From NCBI GenBank assembly GCA_963664235.1, contig OY760933.1:76503-140502 (forward strand): 64,000 nucleotides of DNA, read 5' to 3'. The stretch is from Acidimicrobiales bacterium (GTDB taxonomy: Bacteria; Actinomycetota; Acidimicrobiia; Acidimicrobiales; CATQHL01). The position numbers and the translations under genes were made by a program. Positions within the stretch are counted from its first letter, which is position 1; each line of letters starts with the position of its first letter. Below, piece after piece: positions 18,008 through 27,046 of the stretch. Below the pieces are notes generated by a model. That model searched no databases, was not told the origin of the DNA, and was given only the letters and a program-made list of their open reading frames with translations.

Positions 18008-18886
18008 ATGACCCGACCAGCAACCGCCGAGCAGGTGCCCACCCAACAGACCGCCGTCTACTCGTCGCCGGCGGGGCGCGGGCGGGTCTGCGCCATGGAT
18101 TCCGCCTATCACGTGGATCCGGCCAACCGGGGCCGGGACATCTGCGTGAACTCCTCGTACTGCGGCGTCCTGCCCGCCCGGTTCATCGCCGAGGCCGCCC
18201 CGCGGGGGGCCATCGGCATGGACTGCGGCATCGGACCGGAGGGTTCGGCCATCGCAGGCCTCTGGTACCTGGAGGCGCTGGACATTCCCGCCGCGGTCGC
18301 CGACGTGCTGAGCGCGCGGCTCGGCGACGGCGTGCACCTGTACGACAACGGCGTCATCAGCTTCTGCAACCAGCCGGCGGCCGATTGCGGGGTGCGGGCA
18401 GGCATGCCGGTCGCCACCGCAGCCCGCATGATGCTGGAGAACGACCCGACCCCGGCGTCGGCCGACGAGATCACCAACCGCACGGTCATGCACACCGCCA
18501 CCGACGGCCGCTGCGTGATCGCCACCGACTCCATCGCCTTTGCCACCCCCGTCGACCGCGGCCGCAACGTTCTGGTGACCGCCGGGCACACCGGGCGCAG
18601 CGCGGTGCCGTACCTGCGCCGGGCAAGCCCCTGGGGGTTCATCTGCTCCGACGGGGGGCGCGGCATGGACGACTCGGGCATGGCAGGGCTGGCCATCGTG
18701 GAGGCCGACGGCCTGGCGGGCGCAACCGTTGACGCTCGCCGCGCCCGCATGGGCAGCGGGCTGTCGCACTACCACGACGGCGTCATCTCGGCGGCCAACG
18801 CCCTTGCGGTGGCCCGTGGCGTGGAGATCGGCATGGGTTGCCCCGAGGCCGCGCTGCTGCTCCTGGCCCGCCCGGATGAGTCCTGA
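18008..18886 (+). CDS. Uncharacterized protein built from two tandem ~140-aa modules (paralog B)
   Basis: It aligns over its full length with 10397..11269 (MDSA.H/YVD..NRG.D..V..SY.GVLPAR..., GIAGLWYLEAL.IPAA..., NVLVTAGHTGRS..., GFIC.DGGR...DSG.AGL.IVE..GLAG...). Its 3' end overlaps the next gene by 11 nt. Confidence 0.6.
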   Translation: MTRPATAEQVPTQQTAVYSSPAGRGRVCAMDSAYHVDPANRGRDICVNSSYCGVLPARFIAEAAPRGAIGMDCGIGPEGSAIAGLWYLEALDIPAAVADVLSARLGDGVHLYDNGVISFCNQPAADCGVRAGMPVATAARMMLENDPTPASADEITNRTVMHTATDGRCVIATDSIAFATPVDRGRNVLVTAGHTGRSAVPYLRRASPWGFICSDGGRGMDDSGMAGLAIVEADGLAGATVDARRARMGSGLSHYHDGVISAANALAVARGVEIGMGCPEAALLLLARPDES

Positions 18887-20900
18887 CGCCGGGGAAGCCT
18901 CCGAACCGGCGAACCCGGCGCCCCCCGGCGGGCATGGGTTCCCGCTGCTGTTCCGCCCGCTGCGGATCGGTCCGCTGGAGATCCGCAACCGGGTGATCTT
19001 CGCCGGCCACGGCTCGCGCTTCGTGGACTGGCACTCCCACCACCTCACAGAACGCCAGGGCCACTACCTGGCCGAGCGAGCCGCAGGCGGCGTCGGCCTG
19101 GTGATCCAGGGCTCCTCCATGGTGCACCCCACGGGCCTCGCCGCCGCCGGCATCAACGAGGTCTACAGCGACTCCGGCATCCCGGCCTACGCGAGGGTGG
19201 CCGAGATGGTGCAGGCCGAGGGCGCCGCCATCTTCGGCCAACTCTCCCACCTCGGGCGCCAGGGTGACACCTTCGCGGCCCACCGGGAGCTATGGGCACC
19301 GTCGGCGGTGGCGGACCCTGCCAGCCGCGTCGTGCCGCATGCCATGACCGGTCGCGACATCGCCGAACTCACGGGCTGCTACGGCGACGCCGCCCGCCGT
19401 CTCGTCGCCGCCGGTTTCGACGGGCTGGAGGTGTACCTAGCCCACGGCTACCTGCTGTGCGAGTTCCTGTCGCGCTTCAGCAACCGCCGCAGCGACGGCT
19501 ACGGCGGCTCGCTGGCGAATCGCTGCCGGCTGCCCCTGGAGGTGCTGGAGGCGGTCCGGGCCGAAGTCGGCGACGAGGTGCCGGTGGGCATCCGCGTCAG
19601 CGCAGAGGAGTTCGTTGCCGAGGGGCTGAGCCCCGGCGAGTGCAGCGAGATCGTGGCGCACCTCATGGCGCGCACCCGCGTGGACTACGTGAGCGTCAGC
19701 CAGTCCAACTATGCCTCCATCGACCGCATGATCCCCGATATGAGCTACCCGCGAGCCCCGTTCGCCCACTACGCGGGCGAGGTGCGGCAAGCCACCGGGG
19801 ATGTGCCGACCTTCGCGGTGGCCCGCCTCGTCACCCCCGAGCAGTGCGAGGAGTTGCTGGCGACCGGGGTGGCCGACGCGGTGTGCCTCGTGCGGCCCCT
19901 CATTGCGGACCCAGAATGGGCGGCGAAAGCGGCCGGAGGTCGTCGGGAGGACATCCGCGAGTGCATCTCCTGCAACGTGGGCTGCCGCGGCGGGCCGCAC
20001 CGGGGCTCCCCCATCGCCTGCCTCGTGAACCCCGCTGTCGGCGAGGAGGCCCGGTGGGGGTTCCGCCGGCTGCATCGGGCGTCCCGCAGCCGGCGGGTGG
20101 TCGTGGTCGGCGGCGGCCCGGGAGGCCTGAAGGCTGCCGAGACCGCCGCGCTGGTAGGCCACGAGGTGATCCTGTTCGAAGCCGCCGAGCAGCTCGGAGG
20201 CCAAGTACTGGTGGCGGCCGCGGCGATGCCTTACCGGGACGAGTTCGCCAACTCGGTCCGCCACCTCGAGCGGCAGATCCACAAGCTGGGCACCGAGGTG
20301 CGCACCGGTGTACGCGCCGGCGCCGCGACCGCACTGGCGGACGATCCGTCGTGTGTGATCGTGGCGACGGGCTCGTTCCCGGGCGGATTCGACGTGCCCG
20401 GCGGGGAGATGGTGCAATCGGCGCACGAAGCCATCACCGCCGGCGTCGCCGGTCCCCGGGTCGTACTGATCGACGCGGGCGAGGCCGGTTGGAAGGTCTG
20501 CACCGCAGCGGAGAACCTCGCCGCCGCCGGCCACGACGTGACTCTGGTGACACCCGTCTCGGTGGGCGCCTCCATGGACGCCTTCAGCCGTCCGCCGATG
20601 CTGCGACGCCTACGAGCCGCCGGCGTCGAGTTCCTGGAGTACCACACGCTGAGCGCCGTGCGGGCCACAGGTGCGGAGGTCACCGAGACGCTCACGGGTA
20701 CCTCGCGCCTGCTCCCCGCCGACAGTGTCGTGGGAGCCGCCTACGGCGTCGCCGACGACACCCTGTTCGCCGAGTTGCTGGCCCTCAGCGAGGCCGGGAA
20801 CATGCCGGAAGTCGAGTTGCACGCCGTAGGCGACTGCCTCGCCCCCCGCCAGGCCATAGACGCCATCTGGGACGCCTTCCGGGTGGCCCGCTCCCTGTAG
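18876..20900 (+). CDS. FadH-like (2,4-dienoyl-CoA reductase architecture) Old-Yellow-Enzyme FMN domain + 4Fe-4S + FAD/NAD(P) domain oxidoreductase
   Basis: Start taken at inner ATG 18876. It has an N-terminal Oxidored_FMN pattern, the cysteine cluster CISCNVGC...C and the dinucleotide fold VVVVGGGPGGLKAAE. At about 674 aa it matches FadH in length and architecture. Confidence 0.8.
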   Translation: MSPDAGEASEPANPAPPGGHGFPLLFRPLRIGPLEIRNRVIFAGHGSRFVDWHSHHLTERQGHYLAERAAGGVGLVIQGSSMVHPTGLAAAGINEVYSDSGIPAYARVAEMVQAEGAAIFGQLSHLGRQGDTFAAHRELWAPSAVADPASRVVPHAMTGRDIAELTGCYGDAARRLVAAGFDGLEVYLAHGYLLCEFLSRFSNRRSDGYGGSLANRCRLPLEVLEAVRAEVGDEVPVGIRVSAEEFVAEGLSPGECSEIVAHLMARTRVDYVSVSQSNYASIDRMIPDMSYPRAPFAHYAGEVRQATGDVPTFAVARLVTPEQCEELLATGVADAVCLVRPLIADPEWAAKAAGGRREDIRECISCNVGCRGGPHRGSPIACLVNPAVGEEARWGFRRLHRASRSRRVVVVGGGPGGLKAAETAALVGHEVILFEAAEQLGGQVLVAAAAMPYRDEFANSVRHLERQIHKLGTEVRTGVRAGAATALADDPSCVIVATGSFPGGFDVPGGEMVQSAHEAITAGVAGPRVVLIDAGEAGWKVCTAAENLAAAGHDVTLVTPVSVGASMDAFSRPPMLRRLRAAGVEFLEYHTLSAVRATGAEVTETLTGTSRLLPADSVVGAAYGVADDTLFAELLALSEAGNMPEVELHAVGDCLAPRQAIDAIWDAFRVARSL

Positions 20901-20920
20901 CCCGCACCGGGGCGCTCGCG

Positions 20921-20960
20921 CTGCTTCGTCTACCGACCGGTCGGTCGGCAGACGAAGCAG
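20921..20960 (+). terminator. Long perfect hairpin after the FadH-like gene (no U-tract)
   Basis: ctgcttcgtct...agacgaagcag forms an 11-bp perfect stem. The loop itself contains the palindrome ccgaccggtcgg. It starts 21 nt after the stop at 20900. Confidence 0.5.
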
Positions 20961-21035
20961 CCAGGTGGTAGGTTTCCCTGGTCACGCGCCCGTCCATGAG
21001 GCGGGTGCCCTTCAGAGTTCATTGGGGAGGACACG

Positions 21036-22763
21036 ATGCGGAAGCTTCGGATCACACTTGTACTACTCGCCGTCTTCGGCCTGATCGCGGCGTCCTGCGC
21101 CAGCGACTCCGGCGCGGCCGATGAGGCGCTCGCTGAGGCGCAGGCGGCTTCTGCCGCCGCCGCGGCAGCGATGAGCGAGGCGCAGAGCGCCGGCGCCGCA
21201 GCAGCCGAGATCGGCGCCGCGATCGCTGAAGCGCAAGCCGCTTCGGCCAGCGCCGATGCCGCTTCAGCAGGCGCGGAAGCCGCAGCAGCCGACGCCGCAG
21301 AGGCGTTGGCCGCCGCCGACTTGGCGCAGGCCACAGCCTCGGGGAACGAAGCCGCTGTAGCCGAGGCCGAAGCCGCGCTCGCCGACGCCCAGGCAGCCGC
21401 TGCGGACGCCTCAGCCGCCGCCGCGTCCGCCCAGGCCGAGGCCGAGGCCGCGCAGGCCGAAGCCGCAGCCGCCCAGGAAGAGGCCGCCGCCGCCCAGGCC
21501 GAAGCCGCCGCCGCCCAGGCCGAGGCCGAGGCCGCGCAGGCCGAAGCCGCCGCCGCCGAGGAGTCCGCAGCCGAGGCCGCAGCCGCAGCCGCAGGCCCCA
21601 TCTGCGGTGGCAACACCACCGGTGACCTGCCCCAGGGCGTGGACAGCGAGAACGGCGTGCTGAAGATCGGCACCGTTCAGCCCGTCGGCGGCGCGGCGGT
21701 CGTGGCCGGAATCGAGTTGCTCGGCGGCGTCAAGATCGCCGTGGACGAGATAAACGCCAACGGCGGTATCGACGGCTGCATGATCGAGTTGGTGGACTAC
21801 AACTCCCAGTACGAGGTTGAAGAGCTCATCAACCAGACCCGCCGCATGATCGACCGCGACGGCGTGTGGGCCATCCTGTCCCCCGCCGACAGTCGGGCCA
21901 TCCCGGGCACCTTCGACTTCTTGGCCGAGAGCGGCGTCATCATGTGGGGACCGATCTCACCCCCGTTCGACGCGGAACGCCAAGAGGTCTACTGGCTGGC
22001 CACCACCCGCACCGAGCAGGCCCGCATCTGCGTCGACCACTTCGACGACCTGGGCTTCACCAAGGTCGCCACCATCGGCGCCACCAACCCCCTCGGCCAA
22101 GAGGTCGTGGCCGGCGTGGAGATCCAGGCCCCCATCAACGGCATGGAGATCGTCGCGCAGGAAACCATCGAGTCGGCCTCGGAGATCGTGGCCCCCGCGG
22201 TGCTGAACGTCATCGCCAGCGGTGCCGAGGGCATCGTCGTCGGCGGGGACGGCATCCAGACCGCCCTGATCCTGCAGTTGCTCAAGGAGAACAACAGCAA
22301 TGCCAGGCTGTGCACCGACCAGGGTGCCGCCGGCACAGGTGGCCAGAGCACCGTCGGCCCGGCCGACGATGCGGCCGGCGGGTTCCTGGGCGCCCTGCAG
22401 GTGGCCCTGCCCGACACGGACTCCCCGCTGATGAGCCAATGGCGCGCCCTGCGCAACGCCTACTGCGACTCCATCAGCGACGAGTGCCAGGCCCCCAACT
22501 TCAGCCAGCAGACCTACCTGCACTCCATCACCTTCTTCGACGTCGTCGACCGCCTCGACGGTGACCTGAGCTGGGACAACTTCCACACCACCGCCGAGAA
22601 CCTCTGGGTCAACCCCATCGCGACCGGCGCCATGCCGCCGATCGGCTGCGGACCACAGGCTGACGGCGGCCACGCCTGCGCCTCCGGGGCCGGCATCGCC
22701 GAATACGACCTCGAGACCGGCACCTGGACGCAGATCCGGCCATTCGCGGCACCCAAGTCCTAG
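21036..22763 (+). CDS. LivK-type (Leu/Ile/Val-family, Peripla_BP_6-like) solute-binding lipoprotein with a ~170-aa Ala/Glu/Gln stalk, copy 1
   Basis: RBS GGGGAGG, then the signal peptide and lipobox MRKLRITLVLLAVFGLIAASC, then a low-complexity A/E/Q region up to ...AAAAAAGPICGG. The SBP body begins ...VLKIGTVQPVGGAAVVAGIELLGGVKIAVDEINANGGIDG.... The livHMGF genes follow downstream. Confidence 0.8.
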   Translation: MRKLRITLVLLAVFGLIAASCASDSGAADEALAEAQAASAAAAAAMSEAQSAGAAAAEIGAAIAEAQAASASADAASAGAEAAAADAAEALAAADLAQATASGNEAAVAEAEAALADAQAAAADASAAAASAQAEAEAAQAEAAAAQEEAAAAQAEAAAAQAEAEAAQAEAAAAEESAAEAAAAAAGPICGGNTTGDLPQGVDSENGVLKIGTVQPVGGAAVVAGIELLGGVKIAVDEINANGGIDGCMIELVDYNSQYEVEELINQTRRMIDRDGVWAILSPADSRAIPGTFDFLAESGVIMWGPISPPFDAERQEVYWLATTRTEQARICVDHFDDLGFTKVATIGATNPLGQEVVAGVEIQAPINGMEIVAQETIESASEIVAPAVLNVIASGAEGIVVGGDGIQTALILQLLKENNSNARLCTDQGAAGTGGQSTVGPADDAAGGFLGALQVALPDTDSPLMSQWRALRNAYCDSISDECQAPNFSQQTYLHSITFFDVVDRLDGDLSWDNFHTTAENLWVNPIATGAMPPIGCGPQADGGHACASGAGIAEYDLETGTWTQIRPFAAPKS

Positions 22764-22776
22764 CCACGTCCCCCAA

Positions 22777-22824
22777 CGTCCGCGTGCTGCGGTGCGTCAC
22801 CCGACGCACGGCAGCACGCGGACG
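22777..22824 (+). terminator. Nested perfect hairpin between the tandem SBP genes
   Basis: The outer stem is cgtccgcgtgctgc/gcagcacgcggacg (14 bp) and the inner stem is gtgcgtc/gacgcac. It starts 14 nt after the stop at 22763. Confidence 0.5.
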
Positions 22825-22972
22825 ATTGCACCCGCATCGGTCTGAGCGGCGATCCCAAATACTGCCAATCGTTCGGTTGGCAAAATGGCCGGTCACGGAT
22901 TAGCCTGGCCCGGTCCGTCAAACAACCGTCCGGACGGACACCATGTCTGTACGACCACCTGGGAGGACCCTG

Positions 22973-24703
22973 ATGCGAAAGCTTCGGCTCACACTTGTAC
23001 TTCTGGCTGTTTTCGGACTCGTTGCCGCCGCGTGCGCCAGCGACTCCGGCGCGGCCGATGAGGCGCTCGCTGAGGCGCAGGCGGCTTCTGCCGCCGCCGC
23101 GGCAGCGATGAGCGAGGCGCAGAGCGCCGGCGCCGCAGCAGCCGAGATCGGCGCCGCGATCGCTGAAGCGCAAGCCGCTTCGGCCAGCGCCGATGCCGCT
23201 TCAGCAGGCGCGGAAGCCGCAGCAGCCGACGCCGCAGAGGCGTTGGCCGCCGCCGACTTGGCGCAGGCCACAGCCTCGGGGAACGAAGCCGCTGTAGCCG
23301 AGGCCGAGGCCGCGCTCGCCGACGCCCAGGCAGCCGCTGCGGACGCCTCAGCCGCCGCCGCATCTGCCCAGGAAGAGGCCGCCGCCGCGCAGGCCGAAGC
23401 CGCAGCCGCCCAGGAAGAGGCCGCCGCCGCCCAGGCCGAAGCCGAGGCCGCCCAGGCCGAAGCCGCGTCAGCGCAGGCCGAAGCCGCCGCCGCCGAGGAG
23501 TCCGCAGCCGAGGCCGCAGCCGCAGCCGCAGGCCCCATCTGCGGTGGCAACACCACCGGTGACCTGCCCCAGGGTGTGGACAGCGAGAACGGCGTGCTGA
23601 AGATCGGCACCGTTCAGCCCGTCGGCGGCGCCGCCGTCGTGGCCGGAATCGAACTGCTCGGCGGCATCAAGATCGCCGTCGAGGAGATCAACGCCAACGG
23701 CGGCATCGACGGCTGCATGATCGAGCTCGTCGACTACAACTCCCAGTACGAGGTCGAAGAACTCATCAACCAGACCCGCCGCATGATCGACCGCGACGGC
23801 GTGTGGGCCATCCTCTCCCCCGCCGACAGCCGGGCCATCCCGGGCACCTTCGACTTCCTCGCCGAGAGCGGCGTGCCCATGTGGGCGCCCATCTCGCCCC
23901 CGTTCGAGATCGAACGCCAAGAGGTCTACTGGCTGGCCAGCAGCCGCACCGAGCAGGCCCGCATCTGCGTCGACCACTTCCACGACCTGGGCTTCTCCAC
24001 AGTTGCCACGATCGGCGCCACCAACCCGCTCGGCCAGGAGGTCATCGAAGGCGTGGAGATCCAGGCCCCCATCAACGGCATGGAGATCGTCTCGCAGGAG
24101 ACGGTGGAGTCGGCATCGGAGATCGTCGGCCCGGCCGTGCTGAACGTCATCGCCAGCGGTGCCGAGGGCATCGTCGCCGGCGTCGACAACATCCAGAACG
24201 CCCTGATCCTGCAGATCCTGGCCGAGAACAACAGCGATGCGCTGCTCTGCTCCGACCAGGGCGCAGCCGGCTCCGGTGGTCAGAACGCCGTTGGTCCCGC
24301 CGAAGAGGCCGCCGACGGCTTCCTGGGCGCCCTGCAGGTGGCCCTGCCCGACACGGACTCCCCGCTGATGAGCCAGTGGCGTGCGCTGCGCAACGCCTAC
24401 TGCGACTCCATCAGCGACGAGTGCAGGGCAGCCAACTTCAGCGAGCAGACCTACCTGCACTCGATCACCTTCTTCGAGGTGATCGATCGTCTCAACGGTG
24501 ATCTCAGCTGGGACAACTTCCACGCCGTCGCCGAGAACCTCTGGGCCAACCCCATCGAGACAGGCGCCATGCCTCCGATCGGCTGCGGACCGCGGGCCGA
24601 AGGCGGCCACGCCTGCTCCTCTGGAGCCGGACTCTCCGAGTACGACTACGAGACCGAGACCTGGACGCAGATCCGCGAGTTCCAGGCCCCCTACTCCTCA
24701 TAG
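22973..24703 (+). CDS. LivK-type solute-binding lipoprotein with Ala/Glu/Gln stalk, copy 2 (tandem duplicate)
   Basis: Start taken at inner ATG 22973, preceded by GGGAGG. The signal peptide and lipobox are MRKLRLTLVLLAVFGLVAAAC. The gene is collinear with 21036..22763 throughout. Confidence 0.8.
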   Translation: MRKLRLTLVLLAVFGLVAAACASDSGAADEALAEAQAASAAAAAAMSEAQSAGAAAAEIGAAIAEAQAASASADAASAGAEAAAADAAEALAAADLAQATASGNEAAVAEAEAALADAQAAAADASAAAASAQEEAAAAQAEAAAAQEEAAAAQAEAEAAQAEAASAQAEAAAAEESAAEAAAAAAGPICGGNTTGDLPQGVDSENGVLKIGTVQPVGGAAVVAGIELLGGIKIAVEEINANGGIDGCMIELVDYNSQYEVEELINQTRRMIDRDGVWAILSPADSRAIPGTFDFLAESGVPMWAPISPPFEIERQEVYWLASSRTEQARICVDHFHDLGFSTVATIGATNPLGQEVIEGVEIQAPINGMEIVSQETVESASEIVGPAVLNVIASGAEGIVAGVDNIQNALILQILAENNSDALLCSDQGAAGSGGQNAVGPAEEAADGFLGALQVALPDTDSPLMSQWRALRNAYCDSISDECRAANFSEQTYLHSITFFEVIDRLNGDLSWDNFHAVAENLWANPIETGAMPPIGCGPRAEGGHACSSGAGLSEYDYETETWTQIREFQAPYSS

Positions 24704-24709
24704 AGAACT

Positions 24710-24737
24710 GAGCCGGGTTTCCCCCCAAACCCGGCTC
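24710..24737 (+). terminator. Hairpin 1 after SBP copy 2
   Basis: gagccgggttt-cccccc-aaacccggctc forms an 11-bp perfect stem, 7 nt after the stop. Confidence 0.5.
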
Positions 24738-24744
24738 GACCCAG

Positions 24745-24803
24745 CAAGGAACCGCCGTGCGAACTCAGGAGCATCCCCCCGCTCCCCGCACGGCGGTTCC
24801 TTG
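24745..24803 (+). terminator. Hairpin 2 after SBP copy 2
   Basis: caaggaaccgccgtgcg ... cgcacggcggttccttg forms a 17-bp perfect stem with a large loop. Confidence 0.45.
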
Positions 24804-24870
24804 TCTACAATTCCCCGGCTAGCGATCGCCCGCCGGACCGGCGGGCTCGCGGAGAGCTAAGAAGAGCACA

Positions 24871-25986
24871 GTGCAGGTACTGCAGCAGATCATCGCAGGG
24901 CTCGAGGACGGCAGCGTCTTCAGCCTGATCGGCTTAGCCATCGTGGTCATCATGAAGTCCACGGACGTGCCCAACTTCGCCATCGCTCAGATGGGCATCA
25001 TGTGCGCCTACATGGGCTGGTTCCTGTCGGCGGATCCCAGTGACGGGGGCGTTGGCTGGCCGTTCTGGATTGCGATCATCATCGCCCTGCTCTTCGCCGG
25101 CGTCTTCGGCGCGGCCACCCAGTTCCTGCTCATCCGTCCCCTGGTGGGACTCTCCAACCGGCCGCTGGCCTACGCCGCAGCCGCCGTGATGACCTACCTG
25201 TCGATCGACTTCATGCACCGCGAGGGGCTGCCGACCTTCCTGGACTGGTTCCCCACTCCCGACGGCGGCTGGTCGTGGGGCGCGGCGGTACCGCTCGGCC
25301 TCCTCGCCGGCATCCTGACCCTCCTGGCGGCCCGAGCCTGGGTCAAACCGCTCGCCAAGGTCGACCACTTCCCGTTGCTGCTGCTCACCATCGGTATGAC
25401 CTGGGCACTGCTGTCGGGCAACCAACTCCTCTGGGGAGTCCAGGCTCGTGCCTTCGACGCCCCGTGGGACGACAAGACTCCGCTGAAGCTCACGAACCCC
25501 GACGGGTCGGTCCGCCTCATCATCGGAGCCGACGAGGTCGTCGCCATCGGCACCGGCCTGGCCATCGCAATAGGCGTGGGGCTGTTCTTCAAGTCCACCT
25601 GGGGCGTCCGCATGCGAGCCATCGCCGAGGACGGCACCACCGCCCGCCTGCTGGGCATCAACAGCGGGCGCATCTCGCTGCTGGCCTGGGCGATGGGCGT
25701 CGCCATCGGCGCCATCGCACTGATCCTCCGCACCACCTCGGCTGTGCTGGACGTCTCTACCGCCAACGTCATCATCCTCAAGGGGTTCATCGCCGCAGTG
25801 CTGGGCGGTTTCACCTCGCTGCTGGGCACCTTCGCCGGCGGAATGGTCCTCGGCGTAGGCGAGAGCCTCGTCGGCGGGCAGATCTCCACCAGCGTGCAGG
25901 CGGCCGTCGCCCTCATGGTCGTCGTCGTCGTGCTGTTGGTGGTTCCGGGCGGCCTGACGCGCGAGAAGTCGGCGCGGGAGGTCTGA
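24871..25986 (+). CDS. livH: Branched-chain amino acid-type ABC transporter permease (LivH family)
   Basis: GTG start. It is a polytopic membrane protein with the LivH-like N-terminus VQVLQQIIAGLEDGSVFSLIGLAIV. It sits in the operon order K-K-H-M-G-F. Confidence 0.8.
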   Translation: MQVLQQIIAGLEDGSVFSLIGLAIVVIMKSTDVPNFAIAQMGIMCAYMGWFLSADPSDGGVGWPFWIAIIIALLFAGVFGAATQFLLIRPLVGLSNRPLAYAAAAVMTYLSIDFMHREGLPTFLDWFPTPDGGWSWGAAVPLGLLAGILTLLAARAWVKPLAKVDHFPLLLLTIGMTWALLSGNQLLWGVQARAFDAPWDDKTPLKLTNPDGSVRLIIGADEVVAIGTGLAIAIGVGLFFKSTWGVRMRAIAEDGTTARLLGINSGRISLLAWAMGVAIGAIALILRTTSAVLDVSTANVIILKGFIAAVLGGFTSLLGTFAGGMVLGVGESLVGGQISTSVQAAVALMVVVVVLLVVPGGLTREKSAREV

Positions 25987-25990
25987 GGCG

Positions 25991-27046
25991 ATGAGCGACG
26001 CCACTGTCCCGAGCCGCGCGCTGTACAAGCCCCGCGCCAGGGGGATCCTCGGCTACAGCGAGCCGGCGGCGGTGGCGCTGCTGTTCGGCGTCGCCGCGTT
26101 GCTGCCCAACCTCTCGTACGGAGGTCTCAACGGCCCGTACTGGCACGGAGTGCTGACGGGAATCCTCATCCACACCATCTCCGCAATGGGATTCAACCTG
26201 CTCGTGGGTTGGGCCGGGCAACTCGGCCTGGCACACGCCGGATTCTTCGCCCTCGGCGCCTACGGCACCACGCTGCTGTACGAGGACGGGGTGCCGTATC
26301 TGGTCGCCATGGTCATCCTTGGGGTGATCTGCGCCATCGTGGGCATCGTCATCGCCTTCCCGGCGGCACGCCTCAAGGGGTTCTTCCTCGCCATCGCCAC
26401 CCTGGCCTTCGGGGAACTCCTCGTGAAACTCATCGAACTGGGACCCGAGATGTGGGACTGGCTCGATACCGGCGCCAGCGGCGGGCGCAGCGTCAAGAAG
26501 GTCTTCTCCATCGGCGAGGGCAACGGGCCCATAACGCTCTACTTCACCGCGTTGATCATCCTGCTCATCACCTATCTCGTGATGCTGGTGCTCACGCGGG
26601 GCCGCATGGGGCGCACCCTCAAGGCGGTCAAGGACATCGACATCGCCACCGGACCGATCGGCATTCCCGCCACCCGCTACAAGCTGGTGGCGTTCGGCAT
26701 CTCCGGATTCGTCGCCGCCATCGCCGGCGCTCTTTACGCCCAGGACATCCGCTTCTTGAGCCCGGCCTCGTTCAAGGACAACATGCTGGTCTTCATGCTG
26801 GTCATCCTGGTGCTGGGCGGCGTCGGGCGCATCTGGGGACCGCTCCTGGGCGCAATGTTCTACATCCTCATCCGCGAGCAGCTTGCAAGCTTCCAGATCC
26901 TCCGTCTCATCATCATCGGCATCGCCCTGATGATCGCCATCCTGGCCCTGCCGAACGGTTTCGCATCGCTTCCGGGGCGCATCCGGGACAGCCGCTTCGG
27001 CAAGCAACTCCGCAACATGCCCCTGGCAAAGTTGTTCACACTATGA
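25991..27046 (+). CDS. livM: Branched-chain amino acid-type ABC transporter permease (LivM family)
   Basis: Polytopic membrane protein (...GFNLLVGWAGQLGLAHAGFFALGAYG...). It starts 5 nt after the livH stop. Confidence 0.8.
   Translation: MSDATVPSRALYKPRARGILGYSEPAAVALLFGVAALLPNLSYGGLNGPYWHGVLTGILIHTISAMGFNLLVGWAGQLGLAHAGFFALGAYGTTLLYEDGVPYLVAMVILGVICAIVGIVIAFPAARLKGFFLAIATLAFGELLVKLIELGPEMWDWLDTGASGGRSVKKVFSIGEGNGPITLYFTALIILLITYLVMLVLTRGRMGRTLKAVKDIDIATGPIGIPATRYKLVAFGISGFVAAIAGALYAQDIRFLSPASFKDNMLVFMLVILVLGGVGRIWGPLLGAMFYILIREQLASFQILRLIIIGIALMIAILALPNGFASLPGRIRDSRFGKQLRNMPLAKLFTL

Noticed and set aside
21380-21560. Short periodic repeats (gccgaggcc / gcccaggcc units) that could be mistaken for a tandem-repeat locus or a CRISPR-like array
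   Set aside because: The periodicity is codon-level low complexity (Ala-Glu-Ala-Gln) inside an open reading frame. There are no spacer-sized unique segments and no repeat of CRISPR length.
20930-21673. 247-aa minus-strand ORF (with its twins 22918..23610 on the minus strand and 49452..49820 on the plus strand) composed almost entirely of Ala and Ser
   Set aside because: These are mirror images of the GCC/GCG/GAG-rich stalk-coding regions of the SBP genes. The opposite strand has a signal peptide, a lipobox, an RBS and a recognisable SBP domain, so these ORFs are antisense artefacts.
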